Shown piece by piece: positions 1 through 13,184 of a DNA stretch of 64,000 bases. Both the position numbers and the translations under genes were made by a program. Source of the DNA: Squalus acanthias (taxonomy: Eukaryota); contig JASTWF010000034.1 of assembly GCA_030390025.1 (NCBI GenBank), positions 248,001 through 312,000 on the forward strand, in the 5' to 3' direction. Under the pieces are notes generated by a model. That model saw only the letters and a list, made by a program, of their open reading frames with translations, was not told the origin of the DNA and searched no databases. The first letter of the stretch is position 1. Every line of letters starts with the position of its first letter.

Positions 1-560
1 AATACACAGGGTTAAACTGTTACAGTTAATTGCTTAATTGGATATGGTAACCAACACGCAGGGTAAATCTATAACAGTTAATTGTTAACTTAGGTATGAT
101 AATCAATACACAGGGTAAAACTGTTAGTTAATTGCTTAATTGGGCGCGATAAGGGGAATAAAGTTAAGTAATTGTTGAATTGAATATAAACAGCACACAT
201 GCTAATTTAATTAGTTTATTGTTTAATTAGTATTTTAACGAGTGCGCAGTGTATAAAGCTACAGTTGTTAAATTGGAAAATTGGAAAAAAAACTAAAGTT
301 AGTTCATTTATAAATTGACTATAATTATTAAACTGTCTTATAAAATTAGTTAATTTTTAAATTGGTGGCGATAACCTGTGCATGGAGTACAAAACTACAG
401 TTAATTGTTTAATTGTAAATGATAATGAATTCACAAGGGAATAAATTTACAAATAATTGTCAAATCGGGCTTGATAATGCACAGGATAAAACTGTTGAAT
501 TTAATCGTTATATTGGGCTTGATAACCAATACACCGGTGTGTAAAGTTTACTGTTAATTC
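1..560. repeat. Degenerate AT-rich tandem repeat, ~55-bp period
   Basis: Recurring 'aatacacaggg..aaact..acagttaattg.ttaattgg' blocks, increasingly decayed. Confidence 0.45.
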
Positions 561-583
561 ATAAATTGGACATAAGCGATAAG

Positions 584-852
584 CAACAACAACAACCTGA
601 ATTTATATAGCACCTTTACCGCATTAAAACGTCTCAAGGCGCTCCACACGAGTGTATCAAACAACATTTGACACCGAGCCACGTAAGGATTTATTAGGGC
701 AAATAATCAAAAGCTTGGTCAAAGAGGTAGGTTTTCAGGAGCGTCTTGATGGAGGAGAGAGAGGCAGAGAGGATTACGGATGGAATTCCAGTGCTGGGGC
801 CCAGGCAGCTGAAAGCACGGCCACCAATAGTGGAGGAATTAAAATCAGGGAT
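584..852 (-). mobile_element. L2-type LINE 3' fragment
   Basis: Reverse strand ends '..gcgccttgagacg..aaaggtgctatataaattcaggttgttgttg', a typical L2 tail. Confidence 0.6.
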
Positions 853-1000
853 ACATTGAGAGGAACATTGAGAGAGATATTGACTGAAACGTAGAGAGTG
901 ACATTGAGCGTGACATTGAGCGAGTCATTGGGAGGGACATTGGGAGGGACATTGGGAGGGACATTGGGAGGGACACTGGAGGGACATTGGGAGGACACTG
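852..1000. repeat. 12-bp minisatellite (gggacattggga)
   Basis: Tandem copies visible; they produce the GGTL/NVPP repeat ORFs. Confidence 0.85.
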
Positions 1001-1194
1001 AGATAGAGAGAGTCAGTCAGAGACAAAGAGAGAAAAAGAGAAACAAAGAGAGTGAGCATACAGAGAAATATAAACAGAGAGCCAGACAGACATCAGGGGG
1101 AGATCTATAGACAGCCAGAGAGAGAGAGAAAGAGACAGGCAGAGAGATACAGAGGAAAAAGAAAGACCGGGATAATTAGTGAGAGTTAGAATAT

Positions 1195-2042
1195 AGGAAC
1201 ATAAGAAATATGAGCAGCAGTAGGCCTTTCGGCACATCGAGCCTGCTCCGCAATTCAATAAGATCATGGCCGATCTTGTACCTCAACTGTACTTTCCTGA
1301 ATTATTCCTATCTCCCTTGATTCCCTGAATACCCAAACATCTATCGATCTCTGTCTTGAATATACTCAGCGTCTGAGCCTCCACAGCCTGCTGGGGTAGA
1401 GAATTCCAAACATTCACCACCCTCTGAGTGAAGAAATTTCTCCTCATCTCAGTCCAAAGTGGCTGACCCCTTATTCTGAGACTGTGACCCCTGGTTCTAG
1501 ATACCCCAGCCAGGGGAAACATCCTCCCTGCATCTACCCTGTCAAGCCCTGTAAGAATTTTGTGTGTTTCAATGAGATCACCTCTCATTCTTCTAAACTC
1601 GAGAGAATATAGGCCAATCCCCCCATCCCAGGAACAAGTCTGGTGAACCTTCGTCGCACTCCCTCTTTGGCAACTATATCCTTCCTTAGGTAAGGAGAAC
1701 AAAACTGTACACAATCCTCTAGGTGTGGTCTCACCAGGGCCCTATATAATTGCAGTAAGACGTATTTACTCTTATACTAAAATCCACTTGGCCAATTCTA
1801 TAACGGTAAAATACCATTTGTTTTCCGAATTGCTTGCTCTACCTACATTTTAACTTTCAGTGATTCATGTACAAAGACACCCAGGTCCCTCTGAACACCA
1901 ACATTTCTCAACCTCTCGCCATTTAAAAATACTCTGCTTTTCTATTTTAGCTAACTTCACATTTCTCCACTTTATATTCCATTTGCAATGTTCTTGCCCA
2001 TTCAATTAGCCTGTCTATATCTCATTGAAGCCTCCATGCGTC
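1195..2042 (-). mobile_element. CR1 LINE A, 3' part (interrupted at 2042)
   Basis: ORF2 C-terminus (RRMRGDLIE..FFTQRVVNVWNSLP) plus 3' hairpin/tail; continues at 5849. Confidence 0.9.
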
Positions 2043-5000
2043 ATAGAAACATAGAAGATAGGAGCAGGAGTAGGCCATTCCGCCCAACGAGCCTGCTCCG
2101 CCATTCGATGAGATCATGGCTGATCATCTAAACTCAGTACCCTGTACCTGCCTTCACCCCATATCCCTTGATACCTTTAGCTTTGACAAATATATCTAAC
2201 TCATTCTTGAATATATTTAATGACTTGGCCTCAACTACCTTCTGTGGTAGAGAATTCCACAGGTTCACCACTCTCTGGGTGAAGAAATTCTTCCTCTTTT
2301 CTGTCTTAAATGGCTTACCCCTTATCCTTAGATTATGACCCATGGTTCTGGACTCTCCGGCCATCGCAAACATTTTTCCTGCATCTACTTGGCCAGACCT
2401 GTCAGAATTTTATATGTTTCGATGAGATCCCCTCTCATTCTTCTATACATCCAGCGAGTATAAGCCCAATCGACCCAATCTCTCCTCATATGTCATTCCT
2501 GCCATCCCAGGTATCAGCCTTGTGAATCTTCGCTGAACTCCTTCCATTGCAAGACCATCCTTCCTCAGATAAGGCGACCAAAACTGCACACAGTACTCAA
2601 GGTGTGGTCTCACCAAGGCCCTGTACAACTGCAGCAGGACATCCCTGTTCCTATACTCAAACCCTTTCGCTATGAAGGCCAACATACCATGTGCCTTCTT
2701 CACGGCCTGCTGCACCTGCATGCTTACCTTCAGCGACTGGTGCACAAGGACACCCAGGTCTCGTTGCACTTCCCCTTCTCCCAATCTATTGACATTCAGA
2801 TAATAGTCTGCCTTTCTGTTTTTGACACCAAAGTGGATAACTTCGCATTTATCCACGTTATATTGCATCTGCCACGCTTCTGCCCACTCGCCCAACCTGT
2901 CCAAATCATCCTGGAGTTTCTCAGTATCCTCCTCGCAGCACACACGCCCACCCAGCTTTGTGTCATCTGCAAACTTGGAGATATTACATTTAGTTCCTTC
3001 ATCTAGATGATTAATGTATATTGTGAATAGCTGGGGTCCAAGGACTGAACCCTGCGGTACCCCACTAGTCACTGCCTGCCACTCGGAAAAAGAACCATTA
3101 ATTCCTACTCTCTGCTTTCTGTCCGCTAACCAGTTCTCTATCCAAGTCAATAACTTGCCCCCAATCCCATGTGCCTGAACTTTACACGCTAATCTCTTAC
3201 GCGGGACCTTATCGAAAGCCTTTTGAAAATCCGAATACACCACATCTACTGGTTCTCCCTTATCTATTTTCCCAGTTACATACTCAAAAAATTCCAGTAG
3301 ATTAATCAAGCACGATTTACCTTTTGGAAATCCATGTTGACTTTGTCCGATCCTGTCACTGTTTTTCAAGTGCTCAGCTATTACATCTTTTATAATGGAC
3401 TCTAGCATTTTCCCCACTTCCGATGTCAGGCTTACCGGTCTGTAATTCCCCGCTTTCTCTCTACCACCCCTTTTGAATAGTGGGGTAACATTAGCTACCC
3501 TCCAATCCATGGGTACAGTTCCAGATTCCATCTAATGTTGGAAGATGATCAGCAATGCATCTAATATTTCTAGGGCCACTTCCTTAAGTACTATAGGATG
3601 TAGATTATCAGGCACTGGGGATTTATCGGCCTTCAATCCCGTCAATTTTCCAAATTCCATTTCCCTGCAAATACTGATTTCTTTCAGTTCCTCCCTTTCA
3701 TCAGACCCTATGTTCTCCAACATCTCTGGGAGGTTATTTGTGTCCTCCGTTGTGAAGACAGAACCAAAATATTCATTTAATTGTTCTGCCATTTCTTTGC
3801 TCCCCATTATAACTTCCCCCGCTTCTGACTGCAAGGGACTTACAGTTGATTTCACTAATCTTTTTCTCTTCACATATGTATAAAAGCTCTTACAGTCAGT
3901 TTTTATGTTCCCCTAAAGCTTACTATCATATTCTATTTCCCCCTTCTTAATTAATCCCTTTGTCTTCCTTTGTTGAATCCTAAACTGCTCCAAATCCTCA
4001 GGGTTACCGCTTTTTCTGGCCAATTTATATGCCCTCTCCCTGAATCTTATGCTATCCCTAATTTCCCTTGTTAGCCACGGTTGAGTCACCCTTTTCGTTT
4101 TATTCTTATTCCACACTGGGATGAACAAATTCTGCAGTTCATCCATGCAGTCTTTGAATGTATGCCATTGCCTATCCACGTCAACCCCTTGAGTGACATT
4201 TCCAAATCAATCCTACCCAATTCGTGCCTCATACCATCGAAGTTTCCTTTATTTAAATTCAGGACCCTAGTCTCCGATTCAACTACTTCACTCTCCATCC
4301 TAATGAAGAATTCTATCATATTATGATCACTCTGACCCAAGGGGCCTCGTACAACAAGATTGCTAATTAATCCTTTCTCGTTACATAATACACAGTCTAA
4401 GATGGCCTGATCTCTGCTTGGTTCCTCGACATATTGTTCCAGAAAACCATCCCATAAATATTCTAGGCATTCCCCCTCCACAGCATTTTAACTCATTTGG
4501 TTAGCCCATTCTATATGTAAATTAAAGTCACCCATGATGACTGCTGTGCCCTTACTGCATGCTTCTCTAATTTCCCTTTTAATGCCGTCCCCAACCTCCG
4601 TATTACTGTTTGGAGGTCTATATACCACTCCCACTAACGTTCTCTGCCCCTTGTTATTTCTCAGTTCTACCCATACAGATTCTGCATCATCAGAGCTAAT
4701 ATCCTTCCTTTCAATTGTGTTAATCCCCTCTTTAACCAGCAATGCTACCCCACCTCCCTTTCATTTTTGCCTATCTTTCCTAAATATTCAAAACCCCCTG
4801 GATGTTGAGTTCCCAGCCTTGGCCACCCTGGAGCCATGTTTCTGTAATCCCAATCAAATCGTATTAATTTACCTCTATTTGCGCAGCTAATTCATCCACC
4901 TTGTTCGGAATGCTCCTTGCATTAAGACACAAAGCCTTCAGGCTTGTTTTTTTTAACGCTCTCAGACCTATATGCGCTATTATTTACTGTGACCATGTTT

Positions 5001-5848
5001 GATTTAAACCGTTGAGTTCTTTGCCCACTACTTTTGTTTTTCTCCGTCCTGTCTTTTGCTTTAATCCTTGTTTCCCTTTCCTCTGTCTCCCTGCTCAGGT
5101 TCCCAACCCCCTGCCAATTTAATTTAAACCGTCCCCAACAGCACTAGCAAACACTCCCCCTAGGACATCGGTACCGGCCCTGCCCAGGTGCAGACCGTCC
5201 CGTTTGTACTGGTCCCACCTCCCCCAGAACCGGTTCCAATGTCCAACGAATTTGAATCCCTCTCCCTTGCACCATTCCTCTAGCCACGTATTCAGTAGAA
5301 CTATCCTCCTATTTCTACTCTGACTAGCACGTGGCACTGGTAGCAATCCTGAGATTACTACCTTTGAGGTACTATTTTTTAATATACCTCCTAACTCCCT
5401 ATATTCTGCTTTGAGGACGTCATCCCGTTTTTTACCTATATCGTTGATGCCTATGTGCACCACGACAACTGGCTGTTCGCCCTCCCCCTCCAAAATGTTC
5501 TGTAGCCGCTCCCAGACGTCCTTGACCCTTGCACCAGGGAGGCAACACACCATCTTGGAGTCTCGTTTGCGGCCGCAGAAACGCCTATCTATTCCCCTAA
5601 CAATTGAGTCCCCTATCACTATAGCTCTTCTAAACTTTTTCCTCCCAGACTGTGCAGCAGAGCCACCCATGGTGCCAGGAAGTTGGGTGCTGCTGCCTTC
5701 CCCTGATAAGTCATCCTCCCCAACAGTATCCAAAGCGGTATATCTGTTTGAGAGGTGGATGGCCACAGGGGACCTTTGCACTACCTGCCTGCACCTCTTA
5801 CTCTGGCTGGTGGTCACCAATTCACTTCCTGCCTGTACACCCTTTACC
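2043..5848 (-). mobile_element. CR1 LINE B, 5'-truncated in ORF1, inserted in element A
   Basis: ORF1 esterase, APE endonuclease (YRPP, GDFN, SDHN), RT (PQGSVLGP, FADD), tail; TGCGTC duplicated at 2037-2042 and 5849-5854; ORF2 has stops and frameshifts. Confidence 0.95.
5119..5848 (-). pseudogene. CR1 ORF1 SGNH/GDSL esterase domain (5'-truncated)
   Basis: IGDSIVRG, CLPGARV, HIGIND and DGLHL motifs in ORF 5119..5862. Confidence 0.85.
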
Positions 5849-6336
5849 TGCGTCCTCCTCACAACTTACATTCCCACCGAACTTTGTATCATCAGCAGAC
5901 TTGGATATATTACATTTGGTCCCCTCATCCAAATCATTGATATAGATTGGGAATAGCTCTGGCCAAAGCAGTGATTCTTGCGGTACCCCACTAGTTACAG
6001 CCTGCCAACCCGAAAATGACCCGTTTATTTCTACTCTCTATTTTATGTCCGTTAACCAATCCTCAACCCATGCTAGTATATTACCCTCAATCCCATGAGC
6101 CCAAATTTTGTTTAATGACCTCCTGTCTGGCACCTTATCGAATGCCGTGTGGAAATCTAAATACACCTCATCCGCTGCCTCCCACATATATATTCTGCTA
6201 GTAATAACCTCAACAACAGATTCGTCAAACACAATTTCCCTTTCATAAATCCGAGTTGACTCTGCCCAATCATATTATAATTTTCTAAGTGCCCTGTTAC
6301 CAGCTCCTTAATAATATATTCTAGCATTTTCCCTAC
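5849..6336 (-). mobile_element. CR1 LINE A, middle RT fragment (last piece at ~9122-9222)
   Basis: YLDFHTAFDKVP motif; sequence joins colinearly across insertions B and C. Confidence 0.85.
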
Positions 6337-9121
6337 TACGATGTGGTGGCCATTACGGAGACATGGTTAGAACAGGGACAGGAATGGTTGTTGGAAGTTC
6401 CGGGGTATAGATGTTTCAGTAAGAGTAGGGAAGTTGGTAAGAAAGGTGGAGGAGTAGCATTGTTAATCAAGGATAGTTTAACAGCGGCAGAAAGGCAGTT
6501 CGAGGGGGATCTGCCGTCTGAGGTAATATGGGCTGAAGTTAGAAATAGGAAAGGAGCGGTCACGTTGTTAGGAGTTTTCTACAGGCCCCCAAATAGTAAT
6601 AAAGATGTGGAGGAAGAAATTGCAAAGCAGATTATGAATAGGTGTGGAGGTCACAGAGTAGTTGTCATGGGTGACTTCAACTTTCCAAATATTGATTGGA
6701 ACCTTTATAGGTCAAACAGTTCGGATGGGATAGTTTTTGCACAGTGTGTGCAGGAGGGTTTCCTGACACAATATGTGGATAGGCCGACAAGAGGTGGGGC
6801 CACGTTGGATTTGGTACTGGGTAATGAACCGGGCCAAGTGTTTGATTTGTATGTGGGAGAGCACTTTGGAGATAGTGACCACAATTCGGTAACTTTCACT
6901 ATTGCAATGGAGAGGGATAGGGCCATACGGCAGGGCAGGGTTTATAATTGGGGGAGGGGTAATTATGATGCGATTAGGCAAGAATTAGGGAGTATAAGAT
7001 GGGAACAGAAACTATCAGGGAAAGGCACAAACGAAAAGTGGAGCTTTTTCATGGAGCAATTACTGCGTGTCCTTGATAGGTATGTCCCTGTCAGGCAGGG
7101 AGGAAATGGCCGAGTGAGAGAACCATGGTTCACAAAAGAGGTTGAATGTCTAGTCAAGAGGAAAAAGGAAGCGTATGTAAGGATGAGAAAACAAGGTTCA
7201 GTTGGGTCGATTGAGGGGTACAAGGTAGCAAGGAATGAGCTAAAAAAAAGAGCTTAGGAGAGCTAGGAGGGGGCATGAGAAGTCCTTGGCGGGTCGGATC
7301 AAGAAAAACCCCAAGGCTTTTTACTCTTATGTGAGAAATAAAAGAATGACCAGGGTGAGGGTAGGGCCGGTCAAGGACAGTAGTGGGAACTTGTGCATGG
7401 AGTCAGAAGAGATAGGAGAGGTGATGAATGAATACTTTTCGTCAGTGTTCACCGAGGAGAGGGGCCATGTTCTTGAGGATGAGAGTGTGATAAAGGTGGA
7501 TAGGCTGGAGGTGGTAGATGTTCTGAGGGAAGATGTTTTAGCAATTTTGAAGAACCTGAGGGTCGATAAGTCCCCTGGGCCAGATGGGATATATCCTAGG
7601 ATTCTTTGGGAGGCAAGGGAGGAGATTGCAGAGCCTCTGGCTTTGATCTTTGGGTCCTCACTGTCCACGGGGATGGTGCCAGAGGACTGGAGAGTGGCGA
7701 ATGTTGTTCCTCTCTTCAAGAAAGGAAATAGGAATGACCCTGGTAATTATAGGCCGGTTAGTCTTACTTCGGTGGTTGGTAAGATAATGGAAAAGGTCCT
7801 GAGGGATAGGATTTATGACCATTTGGAAAGGGGCAACTTTATCAGGGATAGTCAACACGGATTCGTGAAGGGTAAGTCTTGCCTAACAAATTTGATTGAA
7901 TTCTTTGAGGAGGTAACTAAGTGTGTAGATGAAGGTAGAGCAGTTGATGTCGTATACATGGATTTTAGTAAGGCGTTTGATAAGGTTCCCCATGGTCGTC
8001 TCATGAAGAAAGTAAGGAGTTGTGGGATAGAGGGAAATTTGGCCGATTGGATAAGTAACTGGCTATCTCATAGAAGGCAGAGGGTGGTGGTGGATGGAAC
8101 ATTTTCGGACTGGAGACCAGTTACCAGCGGTGTGCCACAGGGGTCGGTGCTGGGTCCTCTGCTGTTTGTGATTTTTATCAATGACTTGGAGGAGGGGACT
8201 GAAGGGTGGATCAGTAAATTTGCTGATGACACCAAGATTGGTGGAGTAGTGGATGAGGTGGAGGGCAGTTGTAGGCTGCAAAGAGACATTGATAGGATGC
8301 AGAGCTGGGCCGAAAAATGGCAGATGGAATTTAACCCTGATAAGTGCGAGGTGATTCATTTTGGTAGGGCAAATTTGAATAAGGATTACAGGGTCAACGG
8401 CAGGGTTCTGAGGAACGTGGAGGAGCAGAGGGATCTGGGGTTCATATCCACAGATCTCTGAAGGTTGCCACTCAAGTGGATAGAGCAGTAAAGAAGGCCT
8501 ATGGTGTGTTGGCGTTTATTAACAGAGGGTTTGAGTTTAAGAACCGTGAGGTTATGCTGCAACTGTACAGGACCTTGGTGAGACCACATTTGGAATATTG
8601 TGTGCAGTTCTGGTCACCTCACTATAGGAAGGACGTGGAAGCATTGGAAAGAGTGCAAAGGAGATTTACCAGGATGCTGCCTGGTTTGGGGGGGAGGTCT
8701 TATGAGGAAAGATTGAGGGAGTTGGGGCTTTTCTCTTTAGAGCGGAGGAGGATGAGAGGCGACTTAATAGAGGTTTATAAGATGATGAGGGGGATAGATA
8801 GAGTGGATGTTCAGAGACTATTTCCTCGGGTAGAGGCAGCTGTTACAAGGGGGCATAACTATAAGGTGCATGGGGGGAGATATAGAAGGGATGTCCGAGG
8901 TAGATTCTTTACTCAGAGAGTGGTTGGGGTGTGGAATGGACTGCCTGCTGTGATAGTGGAGTCGGACACTTTAGGAACTTTCAAGCGGTTATTGGATAAG
9001 CACATGGAGCACACCAGAGTGATAGGGAGTGTGATAGCTTGATCTTGGTCTCGGACAATGCTCGGCACAACATCGAGGGCCGAAGGGCCTGTACTGTGCT
9101 GTACTGTTCTATGTATCTATG
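6337..9121 (+). mobile_element. CR1 LINE C, near-complete ORF2 (endonuclease + RT)
   Basis: ORFs 6343..7257, 7286..8461 and 8476..9042 are separated only by two frameshifts; tail gggccgaagggcctg..(ctatgt)n. Confidence 0.95.
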
Positions 9122-9775
9122 TACTGATGTGAGGATAACTGGGCTGTGGTTCCCCGTTTTCTCTCTCCCTGCTTTCTTAAAGAGTGTGTTTACATTTGCT
9201 ACATTTCAATCCGTGGGAACCAGTCTCCACAGTGCTGTAAGGGAGGGTGTTGCATGATTTTGACTCAGCGACAATGAAGGAATGGCGATATACTTCCAAG
9301 TGAGGATGGTGTGTGACTTGGAGGGGCACTTACAGGTGGTGTTATTTCCATGCTCCTGATGCCCTTGTCCTTCTAGGTGTTAGAGACCGTGTGTTTGGGA
9401 GGTGCTGCCGAAGACGCCTTAGCGAGTTGCTGCAGTGCATCTTGTAGATGGTACACACTGCAGCCACGGTACGCCGGTGGTGGAGGGAGTGAATGTTTAA
9501 GCTGGTGGCTGGGGTGTCAATCAAGCGTGCTGATTTGTCTTGGATGATGTCGAGCTTCTTGAGTGTTGTTGGAGCTGCACTCATTTAGGCAAGTGGAGAG
9601 TATTCCATCACACTCCTGAATTGCGGCTTGTAGATTGTGGAAATGCTGTGGGGAGTCAGGAGGTGACACACTCGCTGCAGAATACCCAGCCTTGACCTGC
9701 TCTTTTAGCCACAGTATTTATGTGGCTGGTCCAGTTAAGTTTCTGGTCAATGGTAACAACCAGGATATTGATGGT

Positions 9776-10889
9776 ACGATAGCAAAATACTGCAGATGCT
9801 GGAAATCCGAAATAACCCTCGACCGTGTCCGTTCTATCTCCCGCACTTCTGCCCTCACCCCTGCCCCTCCCTCCCGGAACCACGATAGAGTTCAACTTGT
9901 CCTCACCTTTCACACCACCAGCCTCCACATTCAACGGATCATCCTCCGCCATTTCCGCCACCTCCAGCGTGATCCCACCACCTAACGCATCTTCCTCTCA
10001 CCTCCCCTTTCAGCATTCCGCAGGGACCGCTCCCTCCGCGACACCCTAGTCCACTCCTCTACCACCCCCAGCACCCCTTCCCCTTCGCCCGGCACCTTCC
10101 CGTGCAAGCGCAGGAGATGCAACACATGCCCTTATACCATCCCTCTTCCCACTGTGCAGGGCCCCAAACACCCCTTCCAGGTGAAACAGCGATTTACTTA
10201 TACTTCTTGCAATTTAGTATACTGTATTCGCTGCTCATGATGTGGTCTCCTCTACATTGGGGAGACCAAACGCAGATTGGGTGACCGCTTTGCGGAAGTC
10301 CTCCGTTCAGTCCGTAAGGGGGACCTCGAGCTCCCGGTCGCCTGTCATTTTAATTCACCTCTCCACGCCCACTCAGACCTCACCGTCCTCGGCCTATTAC
10401 AGTGTTCCACGGAAGCGCAGCGTAAGCTCGAGGAACAGCACCTCATCTTTTGTTTAGGCACGCTACAGCCCTCTGGACTCAATATCGAGTTCAACAATTT
10501 TAGATCATAACCTCAGCCCCAATCACATTTATATTTTATTTTTTCATCCACCCTTTTGTTTGCCCCCCCCTTTTTTTTTCTTTTTTTTCCCTCCTAGAAG
10601 CTGGCAGCTGTCCTTCATTCTGCCAGTGCATTTCACACTTCTTTTAGCCTTAACCTGTCACATTAACACCACCTCTTGTCTTGAATATCTCTTAATGTCT
10701 CTTAATGTCTCTTAATCTCTTCTTTTGTTCTTTCACCCCCTCCCCCTTTTCCCAGATTTATCCTTGCCTTAAATCTATCTGATTTCCTGCTGTTTCCAGT
10801 TCTGACGAAAGGTCTCGACCTGAAACGTTAACTCTGTTTCTCTCTCCACGGATGCTGCCTCGACTGCTGACTTTTTCCAGCATTTTCTG
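9776..10889 (+). mobile_element. Penelope-like retroelement, 5'-truncated, GIY-YIG end
   Basis: VYCIRC..LYIGETKRRLGDRFAE; short inverted terminal segment at 5' end; 14-bp TSD AGGATATTGATGGT (9762-9775, 10890-10903). Confidence 0.92.
10798..10833 (+). ncRNA. Minimal type-I hammerhead ribozyme motif in Penelope terminal repeat
   Basis: AGTT-CTGACGA-A-AGGT(CTCG)ACCT-GAAAC-GTT-AACT: core boxes, stem II, palindromic stem III, stem I AGTT/AACT. Confidence 0.75.
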
Positions 10890-11068
10890 AGGATATTGAT
10901 GGTGGCGGATTCGGCGATGCTAATCCCATTGAACGTCAAAGGGATGTGGCTCTTGTTGGAGATAGTCATTGCTTCGCACTTGTGTGGTGCGATTTTTACT
11001 TGCCACTTATCAGCCCAAGCCTGAATGTCATCCAGGTCTTGCTGCATGCGGACATGAACTGCTTCATT

Positions 11069-11781
11069 GGCCCAAAAATTCGTGAGGAAGCCTTCGTGCG
11101 AGGGTAAGGCTTCCCCGCGATCTCTCACTGCGCGTTGGCTTTTTCAGTTCCAGCTCGCACGAACTTGATGTTCTGGACAGCTGCTGTGCTGGGCTTGCGT
11201 ATCCCACCAGCGTAGTTAATTCGTGCGAGCTTTGGGATCACATGACTCAGTTAGAGCCAATGGCAGCACACCATCTTCCATTCATAACTTTCATATAGCC
11301 CCCCAAAATAACAGCTAAACATCAATTAAATAAAAAAAAACCATCACATTAATAAAATAAGTATAGTTAAATAAATTAACCATTTTAAATAAAAAATTAA
11401 ATTTTTGAAAAAATTTAAAATCTTTTAAAAAGTTATAAAAATAAACTTACCTGTCTTTAAAGTCTCTAAAAAAGATATACCTGTTAAAAAAAATTCAAAA
11501 TAATACTTAATTCACTACTTACCTTGTTAAAAGTGGGTCTTACTCCTCCTTTTTTTATGTCTAAAATCTTCCATGCTTACCTGCGCGTCCAAAGCACTAA
11601 GTGCACAGCGTGCGCGCAGCCTGTAGCGCGCACGCGGTTCACCTAGGACCCGCCCCCTTTTCCATTCACCAAGTGCCGGTTTTCAGCGCATGCGCAGTGC
11701 ATGCAGAAAACCGGCAATTGGAGACAGAATACGCGAGAGTACGCAGTGCGTACTCTCGCGTAGCGGCACTAATTTTGGGCC
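11069..11781 (-). mobile_element. MITE copy 1 (PIF/Harbinger-like, non-autonomous)
   Basis: Ends ggcccaaaaatt / aattttgggcc; ATT TSD (11066-11068, 11782-11784); homologous to 21267-22007 and 46273-46980. Confidence 0.9.
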
Positions 11782-12274
11782 ATTATCTGAGGAGTTGCGA
11801 ATGGAACTGAACACTGAGCAGTCATCAGCGAACATCCCCACTTCTGACCATATGATGGAGGGAGGTTATTGATGCAGTAGCTGAAGATGGTTGGGCCGAG
11901 ATCACTGGCCTGAGGAACTCATGCAGCGATGTACTGGGGCTGTGATGATTGACCCCCAAAAACCACAACCATCTTCCTTTGTGCTAGGTATGACTCGAGA
12001 CAGTGGATAGTTATCCCCCTGCTTCCCATTGACTTCAATTTTACTAGGGCTGCTTGATGCCACACTCTGTCAAATGCTGCCTTGATGTCAAGGGCAGTCA
12101 CTCTCACCTCACCTCTGGAATTCAGCTCTTTTGTCCATGTTTGGACCAAGGCTGTAATGAGTTCTGGAGACAAGTGGTCCTGGCGGAACTCAAACTGAGC
12201 ATCGGTGAGCAGGTTATTGGTGAGTAAGTGCCACTTAATAGCACTGACGATGACACCTTTTATCACTTTGCTCA

Positions 12275-13000
12275 TTTCACCAGTCTGTCTATGTCCTCCT
12301 GAATCCGACTACTATCCCGCTCAGTGTTTACTACATTTGCGAGTTTCGTGTCATCTGCAAAAGTTCAAATTATGCCCTTTATATATAAGTCTATATCATT
12401 AATATATATCAACAAGAGCAGTGGTCCGAATAGCGACCCCTGGAGGACACCACTGTACACTTAACTCCAGTCTGAACAACAACCGTTCACCACTCCTCTC
12501 TGCTTTCTGTCCCTTAGCCAATGTCAGATCCCCACTTCCACTGTCCCTTTGGTCCTAACAAGTCTATTCAATAGCACTTTATCAAATGCATTTTTAAAGT
12601 CAACTTACACAACATCAACCGCACTACCCTCATCAACACTCTCCGTTACTTCATCACAGAACTCAATCAAGATTGTCAGACACACTTTGCTGTTAACATA
12701 TCTGTGCTGGTTGTCATTTATTAATCCATGATTTTTTCAAAGCCACATAGTTTTCTCCGGGAATATGGCCTCTAGAAGTTTCCCCACCACTGACGTTAGG
12801 CTGACTGGCCTGCAGTTACAGGGTTTATCCCTCTCTACTTTTTTCAACAGGGTGTAACATTTGCAACCCCTCAGTGCTCTGGCACCACTCCCATATCCGA
12901 GGAAGATTGAAAGATTCTGGCCAGAGCCTGCGCTATTTCCACCATTCCTTCCCTCAGCAACCCTCATACATCCCATCCGGACCGGGGAAATGTTCTACTT
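12275..13000 (-). mobile_element. Decayed CR1 RT fragment
   Basis: RPVSLTSVVGKLLE and FADD-region homology. Confidence 0.75.
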
Positions 13001-13031
13001 TACTGTGGTACAAAAAGTGTTGGATTGAAAG

Positions 13032-13184
13032 GGGTTAACTGAATCTGTTTGTTCAGCGACTGTAAATAATGTCAGTCTCCACGGGTTAACTGAATCTGTT
13101 TGTTCAGTGACTGTAATTAATATCAGTCTCCACGGGTTAACTGAAATTGTTTGTTCCGTGACTGTAATTAATGTCAGCCTCCAT
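13032..13184. repeat. 3 x 51-bp tandem repeat upstream of GPCR exon 1
   Basis: gggttaactgaatctgtttgttcagtgactgtaattaatgtcagtctccac starting at 13032, 13083, 13134. Confidence 0.9.

Larger units (their letters stand above)
9225..12272 (-). mobile_element. Second CR1-clade LINE family (D), interrupted by a Penelope-like element and a MITE
   Basis: RT motifs (ALDIKAAFDRVWH; QQDLDDIQAWADKWQ); colinear with the copy at 29840-31272. Confidence 0.85.
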
